DNA of 64,000 nucleotides, taken from Methanobacteriota archaeon. Its GTDB lineage: Archaea > Halobacteriota > Bog-38 > Methanoflorentales > Methanoflorentaceae. The translations under genes were made by a program, and so were the position numbers. This document shows, one piece after another, positions 51,519-60,571 of the stretch. Position 1 is the first letter of the stretch. Every line of letters starts with the position of its first letter. Under the pieces are notes generated by a model that made no database searches, was not told the origin of the DNA, and saw only the letters and a program-made list of their open reading frames with translations. The stretch covers positions 1,025,512 to 1,089,511 of the forward strand of contig OY969693.1 of assembly GCA_963701995.1 (NCBI GenBank), written 5' to 3'.

Positions 51519-52496
51519 CTAGACGTTTGATCTGGCTACCTCGGCCCACTCACACTTGCGGGAAGTTAGATGCTGTCCGACGGCCACGGTCCCGCATAGC
51601 GTCATCAAGCAGGCGTACCCGGCCAAGCCGAGCAGGATTTTGAATGATTCCGCTAAGCTATCACTTTCTAACCTAATTGCTCTGCAATATATAAAGACAA
51701 AAGGCGCTAATAAGTATGAAAAAAATGGGATCGTTAGCGAGCCCAGCCACGTCACTTTTACTAAGATAGGAACGCGAGCGACGAACATTGGACCAAGATA
51801 CTTTCGAAACCCCTCGACTGCACCGCGGAACCATCGAACTCTTTGATTGTACAAGTCCTGAATGGAAGTAGGAGCCTGTTCCCCTACTTTTGTCTTAGCG
51901 AGCAGTGCGCGGTTCCCCGAAAGATATATCTTCTCGCTAATATCTAGATCCTCACACAAACAACGTTCATCAAAACCTGTCGTCCTTAGAAAGGGTGCTT
52001 TTGACACTCCTATCACGCCGTTGAACTGAATGAAGCCCCTTGACCACCTGGAAAAACGATAGATATCACAGAAAAACTTGTATTCGATTGAAACGATCTT
52101 GGTAAGGGTGTTTACTTTATTAGTCACGAAGCGGCAGCCACTTGCGAGCACCCCGTCGTCTGTCGCCGTGAGTTCACGCACACACTCCGCCAAAAAATCA
52201 GGGTTGGGCCGGCTATCGACGTCGAATAGTGCAATGCAGTCTGCACCCTCTGTCACGTTCAGAATGTCGTTTATGGCGCCAGCTCGGCGGCCTCTATTGC
52301 CATTTCTGATCACTATGTGGAAATGCGGCGGCAGCAGTGCGTACAGAGAGTTGTAATCTTTTCCGCTGCTGTCATTGACGTAGTACGCTTCAAAATCGAG
52401 ACCACTGCAGTCTAGAGCGCCTAGGCTCTTGATTGATTTTTCAACGAGTGCGTTCGGTTCGGACGGCGCTACCGGGATGATGGCGCAAACTTTCAT
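51519..52496 (-). CDS. GT2 glycosyltransferase with D,D,D,QxxRW and C-terminal TMs
   Basis: FDVD, EDLD and QRVRW motifs. Confidence 0.85.
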   Translation of the reverse strand: MKVCAIIPVAPSEPNALVEKSIKSLGALDCSGLDFEAYYVNDSSGKDYNSLYALLPPHFHIVIRNGNRGRRAGAINDILNVTEGADCIALFDVDSRPNPDFLAECVRELTATDDGVLASGCRFVTNKVNTLTKIVSIEYKFFCDIYRFSRWSRGFIQFNGVIGVSKAPFLRTTGFDERCLCEDLDISEKIYLSGNRALLAKTKVGEQAPTSIQDLYNQRVRWFRGAVEGFRKYLGPMFVARVPILVKVTWLGSLTIPFFSYLLAPFVFIYCRAIRLESDSLAESFKILLGLAGYACLMTLCGTVAVGQHLTSRKCEWAEVARSNV

Positions 52497-52557
52497 TTCA
52501 GAAGAAAATTCGATTAACGTATATTAAGTCGTCGTTCTTGAAGCGTCTTTTTTCGTT

Positions 52558-53685
52558 TTACGCGTCTGTCACGTTCGCATAAAGGTTAAGGATCTGTTGC
52601 GCAATGATCTTCCAGTCATATTTCTGTTCAACGCGCCTGCGCCCGTTTTTACCCATTGATCTTGCGTTTGTAGGGTTTTCGAGAATCTCTAGAATGGCAT
52701 CTGCAAGGGAAGAAGGATCTCGCGGCGTTACTAGCAGACCGCCTTCGCCAACGACGTCGAGCACGCCCGGAATTCTGGAAGCAATCACTGGCGTTTCGCA
52801 CGCCATCGCTTCTAAAAGAACTATGCCGAAAGCCTCGAGGCGCGTGAAAGAGGGAAGGACTAGTGCCGAAGAGCTTGTGTAGAGCTTTAAAAGAGCGGCT
52901 CTTGATACGTGCCCACAGAATTTGATTCGATCTTCACAGCCGTTGGCGAGTCTTTTTAGTCGTTCTCGCTCCTCCCCATCGCCGACGATTAAGAAAGTCG
53001 CGTCGCTTAGTTGGCTTAATACGATCTTGGCGGCGTTGACAAGATCATCGACGCCTTTCACGGAGCTCAGTCGACCAACGAAGAGTATCTGGTGGCGCCT
53101 CTTTTCGCCGTTTAAGCCGAGCAAATGTCTGTCAAAGGTCTCAAGTCTAATGCCATTCGGCACGATTTCATAGCGATAATCGCGCAGCACAGAGGAAGTT
53201 CGCGCGTAAGATTCAGTTGTAGCGATTATCTGCGCGACGTTGTCGAGGATCGGCTTTGTATATAGGGCTGTGTTGACTTCGTCCACGAGGTATTTGCAGA
53301 TGTTCGGAATTCTGAGATTTGCCATATTGTCGGGAATTTCGAGATCGCAGTGGTAAGTAAGCACGTGTGGAACGTGCGGTAGGCCTTTGACCACCCCGTA
53401 AGACATGAACGGCGGGGGATAGTGTGAATGCACGACATCGGCGTTGAACTGCGCAATGCGCCGGCGCAGAGCATACATATAGGGGATATATGGCAGATTC
53501 ACAGCGGGAAATCTGTTTACAGAGAGTCCGCCCAAAACCTCATTTGGCCTAGACTTGGGGACGTCGGCGCACAAAACAATAACCTCGTGCCCGAGGTCCC
53601 GTAAGCTTTGCGAAAGCTCAAGACAGTGAGTTTCGACTCCACCGATGTGCGGGTAGAAGTAAGAAGAGGCTTGAATTATTTTCAC
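52558..53685 (-). CDS. GT4 glycosyltransferase
   Basis: YPHIGGVE, VGRL...KG and EAFGIVLLEAMA motifs. Confidence 0.9.
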   Translation of the reverse strand: MKIIQASSYFYPHIGGVETHCLELSQSLRDLGHEVIVLCADVPKSRPNEVLGGLSVNRFPAVNLPYIPYMYALRRRIAQFNADVVHSHYPPPFMSYGVVKGLPHVPHVLTYHCDLEIPDNMANLRIPNICKYLVDEVNTALYTKPILDNVAQIIATTESYARTSSVLRDYRYEIVPNGIRLETFDRHLLGLNGEKRRHQILFVGRLSSVKGVDDLVNAAKIVLSQLSDATFLIVGDGEERERLKRLANGCEDRIKFCGHVSRAALLKLYTSSSALVLPSFTRLEAFGIVLLEAMACETPVIASRIPGVLDVVGEGGLLVTPRDPSSLADAILEILENPTNARSMGKNGRRRVEQKYDWKIIAQQILNLYANVTDA

Positions 53686-53915
53686 GCTGATTCACGTTGA
53701 ATGTGCGCGTAGGTGTTGAATAAGTTATCGCGGAATCTCCGTCCGCGCTGAGGCATTTTGATGTCGAATGCGGATCTAACGTCGTTTGAAAGACGTTTAG
53801 CAACGTCGAAACTGACTGGTTGCAGCGCGAGCGCGCTAGCTTGGCACAGTAACGCATGGCACCCTGATTAACAAAAGTTAAATAGCACATTTGTCCTGTA
53901 GGTCAGTGTGCTTTC

Positions 53916-54521
53916 ATGAGCCGTTTCATAGCCGTAATAGCGGTGCTGGCTGTGTTTTTTGTTATAGCAACCTCCTCTTTGACGGTCAGCGTCAAAGCCC
54001 AAAATGAGATAACGTGGGTTTATGATTACCCCACAGGGATGAAGGCTGCGGCCGAGGAAAATAAGCCCGTGATGGTATACATTCACGAAGATTGGTGCCC
54101 TCGATGCAGAAACATGGATCAAAACACCTGGACCGATGGTGAAGTTATTAAACTTTCGTCGAACTTCGTGAACATAAACGTGGCCGGGACTGAACAAGGA
54201 ACGCTATATAATTATAGCAAGCCTCCACTGATTGTATTCACGGACCCGCAAGGCAGGGTCATTGTCAAACAAAACGCAGAACTGTCGGCTAGTCAGGTGA
54301 CTGCCCTGCAACGGCGGGTGCTCGCTCAAGCGCCGTTCTCGTCCTCCTCCGCGACAGGCAATCCTCCAACCACACCCACACCTGCAACCAATGCAACGGC
54401 CATCAACCCAAGCGTTGCGGCCAAAGCCGCGGGGGTGCCCGGTTTTGAAGCGATCCCTTCAATCGTTGGCATATCGATTACCGCGCTCGTGCTGTCGCGC
54501 ATTGGTAAGAGCCCGAGGTAA
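53916..54521 (+). CDS. Exported thioredoxin-fold protein with a PGF-CTERM anchor
   Basis: N-terminal signal peptide, WCPRC, P/T-rich linker, VPGF + TM + basic tail. Confidence 0.82.
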   Translation: MSRFIAVIAVLAVFFVIATSSLTVSVKAQNEITWVYDYPTGMKAAAEENKPVMVYIHEDWCPRCRNMDQNTWTDGEVIKLSSNFVNINVAGTEQGTLYNYSKPPLIVFTDPQGRVIVKQNAELSASQVTALQRRVLAQAPFSSSSATGNPPTTPTPATNATAINPSVAAKAAGVPGFEAIPSIVGISITALVLSRIGKSPR

Positions 54522-54728
54522 CCCAGCCAAACCCGGCGGACGCTGGTCTCAGGTCAAACAGCCTGATCAACTGCTGTCCGCCAAAGCCTCGCGCACCAAC
54601 GCTTGGTTCGATTTTTTCGGCAATCATAATCGGGCCAGATGGCACGCTTCGCCCGCGCTTACCTAGCTGGTTAGCAACCGATCGGATCAGCACCAATGTT
54701 TAACTATTATGATCCAACAGTACCTGCT

Positions 54729-54974
54729 ATGCTTTATCGCGCTGAGATCACCATTAAGCTCAAGAATGGCATGCTTGATCCGGAAGCTACGACGATAAAA
54801 AAAGCTCTGAAGCATCTTGGGTATGAGTGTCAATCGGTCAAACAAGCAGCCACCTACGAACTCGAATTCACAGCAGATTCCCGTGAGAACGCAACCGACC
54901 TCGTTAACGGAATGTGCCAAAGGCTGCTCGCGAATCCCATCATACACGATTATGACGTACGGATAACGAAATAG
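54729..54974 (+). CDS. purS: FGAM synthase subunit PurS
   Basis: LDPE, LGY and LLANP motifs. Confidence 0.93.
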   Translation: MLYRAEITIKLKNGMLDPEATTIKKALKHLGYECQSVKQAATYELEFTADSRENATDLVNGMCQRLLANPIIHDYDVRITK

Positions 54975-54988
54975 TCGGAAAGAGACAG

Positions 54989-55669
54989 ATGAATATCGCC
55001 ATTCTTCGGTTCGGTGGGAGTAACTGTGATTTGGATGTTCAAAAAGCTCTGAACAATTTGGGCGTAGGCGCAGAACTTGTCTGGTACAAAGAGGCCCTAA
55101 AGAGTTTTGACGGCGCAATCATCCCAGGAGGGTTTGCATACGGGGACTACTTGCGCGCAGGTGCAATTGCGGCACGAACCAAGATCATGCAGTCGGTTGC
55201 TCAGATGGCAGCTGATGGGAAGCCTGTGCTAGGCATATGCAACGGCGCCCAAATCCTCAGCGAGTCGCACTTGGTGCCCGGCACGTTCACTTTGAATCAG
55301 TATCCAAAGTTCATTTGCAGGTGGGTAAAACTCAGAACAGTCGGCAAATCTCCGTTCACGGTACTTTCGAACGCGATAGTAGATCTTCCTATAGCTCACA
55401 AAGAGGGGCGATACGTCGTTGACCCCCGGCTGCTCAAAGAGCTTTATGAAAATGACCAGGTCGTTTTTAAGTACGTTGATGATAATGGACGCCCCACTTT
55501 GGCTGCAAACCCCAACGGTTCGCTCGATAACATTGCTGGAATAAGTAATTTAGAAAAAAACGTGCTTGCGATGATGCCGCATCCCGAACGAGCGTCAGAG
55601 AAACTTCTCGGTTCTGCTGACGGGAATGCCATCTTTGAATCGATGGTTCGATATATCAAGGCCCTTTGA
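54989..55669 (+). CDS. purQ: FGAM synthase glutaminase subunit PurQ
   Basis: GSNCD, GGF.YGDYLR, GICNG.Q, NPNGS and MPHPER motifs. Confidence 0.96.
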   Translation: MNIAILRFGGSNCDLDVQKALNNLGVGAELVWYKEALKSFDGAIIPGGFAYGDYLRAGAIAARTKIMQSVAQMAADGKPVLGICNGAQILSESHLVPGTFTLNQYPKFICRWVKLRTVGKSPFTVLSNAIVDLPIAHKEGRYVVDPRLLKELYENDQVVFKYVDDNGRPTLAANPNGSLDNIAGISNLEKNVLAMMPHPERASEKLLGSADGNAIFESMVRYIKAL

Positions 55670-55723
55670 GACGCACCTTCTCGCGACCGCTTCTGCTTAT
55701 GTTTGCGCGCAAGCAGGCCGTTT

Positions 55724-56671
55724 TCAAACTAGCGGGGACCACCACCACTCGTTCTCTTGATACCACCGAACGACTTGCGTCAATCCGTCTTCAAATGAAA
55801 TCTCGGGTTGCCACCCAAGAGATTTTATCTTCGAACAGTCTAGCGAGTACCTCTGGTCGTGTCCGAGCCGGTTCGCTGTGAAGGCAATGAGGGTTGAAGG
55901 CTTTCGCGCTAGCTGCAGTATGGCTTGGGTTATCTCTAAGTTGCTCTTCTCGTTACCAGCGCCAATATTATACGTCTCACCCGTTTTGCCCGTTTGGCGA
56001 ACGCAGTCTATCGCTGCACAGTTATCTGCAACGTGTATCCAGTCTCGGACGTTGTCTCCCCGGCCGTAAACGGTCAGCTCGCGGTTCTTCATAGCGCTTG
56101 TAACAAAGCGAGGAATCAGTTTCTCGGGGTGCTGATACGGCCCGTAGTTGTTTGAGCTGCGGGTAATAACGCAGGGAAAATCGTACGTCGTGAAATAGGA
56201 TGACGCCAACAAGTCTGCTCCAGCCTTGCTTGCTGCATAGGGACTTGACGGATGCAACGGATCCGTCTCCTTAAATGATCCGCGATCAATGCTTCCATAC
56301 ACTTCATCCGTCGATATCTGGACGAATCGCTCAATTGAGTAATCTTTGGCCGCTGCTAACAAGACGTGAGTTCCGAGGACATCCGTTTGAACGAAGGCAG
56401 CTGAACTCGCAATTGATCTATCGACGTGCGTCTCGGCCGCAAAGTTGATAACACAGTCACAATCTTTTAGCAACTGCTTGACAATTGTCTCGTCGCAAAT
56501 ATCGCCTTTGACGAATTCAATATCAGCTAGCACGTCTCTGAGGCTGCTCATATTGCCTGCGTACGTCAGTTTGTCCAGGACTGTGATTTCTGCTTCATTG
56601 TGTTTACACAACATATAACGGACGAAATTGCTGCCTATGAAGCCCGCGCCACCTGTGATTAATAGTCGCAT
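55724..56671 (-). CDS. rfbB: dTDP-glucose 4,6-dehydratase
   Basis: TGGAGFIGS, DKLTYAG, AAETHVDRSI, STDEVYG and YAASK motifs. Confidence 0.93.
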   Translation of the reverse strand: MRLLITGGAGFIGSNFVRYMLCKHNEAEITVLDKLTYAGNMSSLRDVLADIEFVKGDICDETIVKQLLKDCDCVINFAAETHVDRSIASSAAFVQTDVLGTHVLLAAAKDYSIERFVQISTDEVYGSIDRGSFKETDPLHPSSPYAASKAGADLLASSYFTTYDFPCVITRSSNNYGPYQHPEKLIPRFVTSAMKNRELTVYGRGDNVRDWIHVADNCAAIDCVRQTGKTGETYNIGAGNEKSNLEITQAILQLARKPSTLIAFTANRLGHDQRYSLDCSKIKSLGWQPEISFEDGLTQVVRWYQENEWWWSPLV

Positions 56672-56982
56672 GGTTCCTCGTTTCAATCTTCCGCAAATGA
56701 GCTGTGATACGGCAAACAGCTCGAGGATTCTTTGTGTAGAGGTTTCTTAATTCTTTTGATGGAAATCGCATTTGAGAATGCGAAGGATTTTGACGTGCTC
56801 TAAAAAAATGAGCTCTTCGGGACTGTCAAAAATCTGTTTAGTTATGTTGAGGGCTTATGAGCTCAGGACTGCGTTTTGCACAGGTCAGAAACAAATATAT
56901 TTTATAACGCGAATCGTAGTCAGCAAGCGTTGTGAAAATACGCCGTGCTTTGCGTTATTCAGCAACACCTTTGTATACTCAA

Positions 56983-57075
56983 GCTCCGGTAGTGTAGTCC
57001 GGCCAATCATGTTGGCCTTTCGAACTTTAGCAGTGAAGCAAGCCAACGACTCGGGTTCAAATCCCGACCGGAGCA
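56983..57075 (+). tRNA. tRNA-Glu(UUC) with an 18-nt intron (57023-57040) at 37/38
   Basis: TTGGC-CTTTCG[intron]A-GCCAA; BHB helix CTTT/GAAG. Confidence 0.93.
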
Positions 57076-57553
57076 TCCACTCGTCTGATTATCGTAAGCC
57101 TGCCCCTCACCGCAGCAGTGAACGTGTCACGCAATTCAAAAAAAAACTGACAGAACCATAGTCATCAATCGATACAAAAGGTCCACGGGCTATCTCGTGA
57201 TCCATTGTCTCTGTGTTTCGCAGGGGTCGAGCATTCTGGCATTTGGTTTGCAGAATGGTTTCGTATGACGTTAACCGCAGACCATAGGTTATGCTATGCA
57301 CGAAGTTCGGTAGCGTCTACTCTACGTTTATCTAATTTGACTGCTTGTTGGAATTGTGGGACGAAATCTATACAAAAAGTGGAATTATCAAGTTTGGCGT
57401 GCAGCAGCTCAAGAGCTGCAGCGCCGCGCCGAACAACATCTAGTAATAATGGTCGACGGCGTATTAGCTTTGGACAGAGATCCTCTTGGGCGGGCGTACC
57501 AAAAAAATCTCCTTCGAGGCCCGCCGATGCATCAGCAAAAGTGCTATCCAGTT

Positions 57554-57572
57554 AAAAAATAGGCTTTTATAT
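57554..57572 (+). promoter_or_regulatory. BRE/TATA promoter of tRNA-Leu(UAA)
   Basis: AAAAAATAGGC-TTTTATAT about 25 nt upstream of the tRNA. Confidence 0.65.
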
Positions 57573-57596
57573 GTCCGTGCGGTACGTCAACATAGG

Positions 57597-57697
57597 GCGG
57601 AGGTAGCCAAGCCAGGTCAAAGGCGCAGGACTTAAGAACCGTTGTTTGAGATATCCTGTTGCGAAGGCATTCGTGGGTTCGAATCCCTCCCTCCGCA
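57597..57697 (+). tRNA. tRNA-Leu(UAA) with a 16-nt intron (57637-57652) at 37/38
   Basis: CAGGA-CTTAAG[intron]A-TCCTG; BHB helix CTTA/TGAG; one U-U mismatch in the T stem. Confidence 0.9.
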
Positions 57698-57739
57698 CTT
57701 CTGTCAAATGAGGGGCTATTTTGGTGCACGCGAACGCAA

Positions 57740-58573
57740 TCAACGTATCGCGTTTGCTAGATATCTGATAGCAGAGACGACCTCATATGGATTTGCACCC
57801 CAATGAACGACGTAACCCTTCTGTCCAAAAAGTTCGGTGGGTCCGACCCTTGCTGACTTGCAACATTTTACAATGAAGGGTTTGCTCGGTCTTATTGTTT
57901 TCGTCGGACAGATGTTGACGTGTTTGAATTCCAGCCCGTTGACTCGCGCTTCAAGTACTTGTTTCGAAATATCGCACCCTAGTAGAACGGCGTGCTCACC
58001 GACGTGAATGTCGCGGTTGTTGAGGCAGTTTGGCCCAATTCCTGACGCTGAGCACGGATAAATCGTGGCGGTGGAGCGTCTTAGATCTTGTATGACTGGC
58101 GTAAAACGAACGGATAGGTCTCCAAAAATGCCAGCACTGTCGAGTTTCTTGATGAGCGAGATGAGGTATGGTGGATCTGGAGGGGATACGTCGAATACCT
58201 CAATCTCGGTTACGCTGGTGAGGTCGGGGTCATAAACGAACGTCCAATGAAAATCAAATCCTTGATAGACGACTGCTTTTATGGGGGGCTTACACAGTCG
58301 GGTTGCTACGGCAATTAGCCTGCTTCTGTTGAAGATGTCGATCTTGCGTCTATACACTAGAGTTTCGGCAAAGCCTGCAATCCTGTTGGCCTTCCATATC
58401 GTTCGGATTAAGCCGTTCCCCTCTAATTCGAGTTCGTAAACTGCGACTTTTCCTTGCCAAAACAGCAGGACATAGCGCGATGAGAAGTAGATGTGCTCAC
58501 CGGCTGTTGGCGGAGAGGTTTCATCATCGCATTCTCTTACAGCGACGTCCTTACAATGATCGGGAAAAATCAC
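57740..58573 (-). CDS. Conserved hypothetical Cys-rich protein
   Basis: 277 aa; H.TFV..PD, PC.ASG, GC..S, CP, KCC and HWGA motifs; 4 nt downstream of the dehydrogenase. Confidence 0.7.
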   Translation of the reverse strand: MIFPDHCKDVAVRECDDETSPPTAGEHIYFSSRYVLLFWQGKVAVYELELEGNGLIRTIWKANRIAGFAETLVYRRKIDIFNRSRLIAVATRLCKPPIKAVVYQGFDFHWTFVYDPDLTSVTEIEVFDVSPPDPPYLISLIKKLDSAGIFGDLSVRFTPVIQDLRRSTATIYPCSASGIGPNCLNNRDIHVGEHAVLLGCDISKQVLEARVNGLEFKHVNICPTKTIRPSKPFIVKCCKSARVGPTELFGQKGYVVHWGANPYEVVSAIRYLANAIR

Positions 58574-58577
58574 GTTG

Positions 58578-59534
58578 TCACCTTATATTACGTATTATTT
58601 CGCGCGCTACCTCGTTGGTCGAACTCGTACCGCCTAGGTCCCGCGTCGTGATGCCTTTGCTTATCGTCTGCTTGACCGAAACGTCTACTAAGGAGGCTTT
58701 TTCGCATTCGCCTGCCCATTCAAGCAGCATTGTGGCACTCAGAATAGCCCCTATTGGGTTTGCTATGCCGCGCCCAGCGATGTGGGGCGCCGACCCGTGC
58801 ACAGGCTCAAAAATGGCGAATTTCGGTCCGATGTTCGCACTCGGACAAAGCCCGAGGCCTCCGATAAGCGCTGCAGCTTCATCGGACAGAATATCGCCAA
58901 ATATATTCGACGTCAGGATGTGATCGAAGGTCTCAGGGTGTCTTATAAGATTGTATGCAGCTGTGTCGACGTACATCTCGTTATAGGGCACGTCGTGCTC
59001 CTGTAAAACACGTACGCAGACATCTCGAAAGAAAATATCCGACTTGAGCACGTTTGCCTTATGCACTATCGTAACTGTTTTTACGTTGCGCAAGGTGCTC
59101 GCGAACGACGCAAGCCTTTCCACATTAGCCCGAGTAACCACTCGCTGCGTGACGGCGATGTCATCAGAAAGCTCTTCGATGCCGGAGTACAACCCCTCGA
59201 GGTTCTCTCGTATTATAGTGAGGTTCAATTCATAGGGGGTCAGAGAGTAAGATCGAAAAGGTCGCAAATTCACGAAGAGATCGAGTGTTTTTCGTAGTCT
59301 GACGAGCACGCTACTCCCTTGAACGCTGGTTACAGCCCCCAAGAGCATGCAATCGGCTTGTGCAATTAAATCGATATCTGCATCGGTTATTGGTGTGCCT
59401 TCTCTAGCCCATTTGGCGTAGCCTATGTCAACGTGGATGAATTCTGGATCATTCAGTAATAGAGTGAGAATCTCAACACAAGGGGGTATGACCTCTTTGC
59501 CGACCCCATCTCCCTCTGCAACAGCGATTCTCAT
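58578..59534 (-). CDS. aksF: Homoisocitrate/isopropylmalate-family dehydrogenase (AksF-like)
   Basis: GDG.G.EV, REN.EGLY, HKANV, N.FGDILSD and EPVHGSAP motifs; aks context. Confidence 0.7.
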   Translation of the reverse strand: MRIAVAEGDGVGKEVIPPCVEILTLLLNDPEFIHVDIGYAKWAREGTPITDADIDLIAQADCMLLGAVTSVQGSSVLVRLRKTLDLFVNLRPFRSYSLTPYELNLTIIRENLEGLYSGIEELSDDIAVTQRVVTRANVERLASFASTLRNVKTVTIVHKANVLKSDIFFRDVCVRVLQEHDVPYNEMYVDTAAYNLIRHPETFDHILTSNIFGDILSDEAAALIGGLGLCPSANIGPKFAIFEPVHGSAPHIAGRGIANPIGAILSATMLLEWAGECEKASLVDVSVKQTISKGITTRDLGGTSSTNEVAREIIRNIR

Positions 59535-59577
59535 GTGCATTGAGTAACAAACCGCTCGCTGAATCCGCCCAGACCCG

Positions 59578-60084
59578 TTAAGGATCATTCACTCGCGGAC
59601 TCGCGGTGCGCGGATGCCTCTTTCTATGTTCGACTAACCCACCATCTTCGAGGATCTCTTGCAGGAATTTGGGGAGCTCCTCACCTCGTACGACTCTGCT
59701 GCGGGTTCTCACAAGCCCCGAAGATAAGTCGACCTCAATCTCATCACCCGCTGCAACAGAATCAAGGACGTCTGCTTCGATAATTGGCAATCCTACATTG
59801 ATTGCATTTCTGAAAAAGATCCGAGCGAAAGATTTCGCAACGATACATCCGATCTTGGCGTATTTGAGCGCAAGCGCTGCCTGCTCTCGCGACGACCCAC
59901 AACCAAAGTTCTTGCCGGCAACTATTATGTCTCCATCATGCGGTGAAAATTCCGCACCAGTGCCCTCCATTGCGTGTTGTGCGAAGACGTTAACGTCAGT
60001 CGTTCTCAGATACTTACCGGGTAGGATCAAATCAGTGTTGACATTATCGCCATATTTCCACACTTTTCCCCTGATGAGCATCAT
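59578..60084 (-). CDS. aksE: Homoaconitase small subunit
   Basis: NTD.I.PGKYLRT (YLRT loop), NFGCGSSRE and RIFFRNAIN motifs. Confidence 0.78.
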   Translation of the reverse strand: MMLIRGKVWKYGDNVNTDLILPGKYLRTTDVNVFAQHAMEGTGAEFSPHDGDIIVAGKNFGCGSSREQAALALKYAKIGCIVAKSFARIFFRNAINVGLPIIEADVLDSVAAGDEIEVDLSSGLVRTRSRVVRGEELPKFLQEILEDGGLVEHRKRHPRTASPRVNDP

Positions 60085-60202
60085 AGTCTACTTGAAGATG
60101 TACCGATATAAAGCATATGGGGATTGCCAAGGCACGCAGATTCGACTAGGAGCGCAAAAAGCCTGACGAAGTGTTTAATAGTTCCGAAACAACTTTGTTG
60201 CC

Positions 60203-60538
60203 ATGTCATTGCTATTGTCAGCGCAAGAAGAATACCTAATTAATCAAAAAATAGCTTTTCTCACTCATAAGGTCCAGCACAACGCGCAAGAGATTGAACA
60301 AGAGATCGACGAAAAAGTGTGGAAGCTAGACGTCGAAAAAATCGACACCAGTGAGTTCATGGCGACGCTTGTGGTGCGAGAGCCGATGATTTCAATCAGT
60401 ACCGGCGACATTGTGACCTACAAAGGTGTCCCGAGAAAATTTACGGTTAGAAGCCCATCGCTTGAATATCTCCTCGACGCCGTTGAAAAGATCCTGATGG
60501 AACAAATTGAGGAAATCAAGAGAGACGCCAGCGTTTGA
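60203..60538 (+). CDS. Hypothetical protein, possible HPF/RaiA-like fold
   Basis: 111 aa ORF with its own AT-rich upstream region; alpha-beta-beta-beta-alpha pattern. Confidence 0.6.
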   Translation: MSLLLSAQEEYLINQKIAFLTHKVQHNAQEIEQEIDEKVWKLDVEKIDTSEFMATLVVREPMISISTGDIVTYKGVPRKFTVRSPSLEYLLDAVEKILMEQIEEIKRDASV

Positions 60539-60571
60539 ATCCCGTGATTGACGGAGTGATAGGCGATTTCT

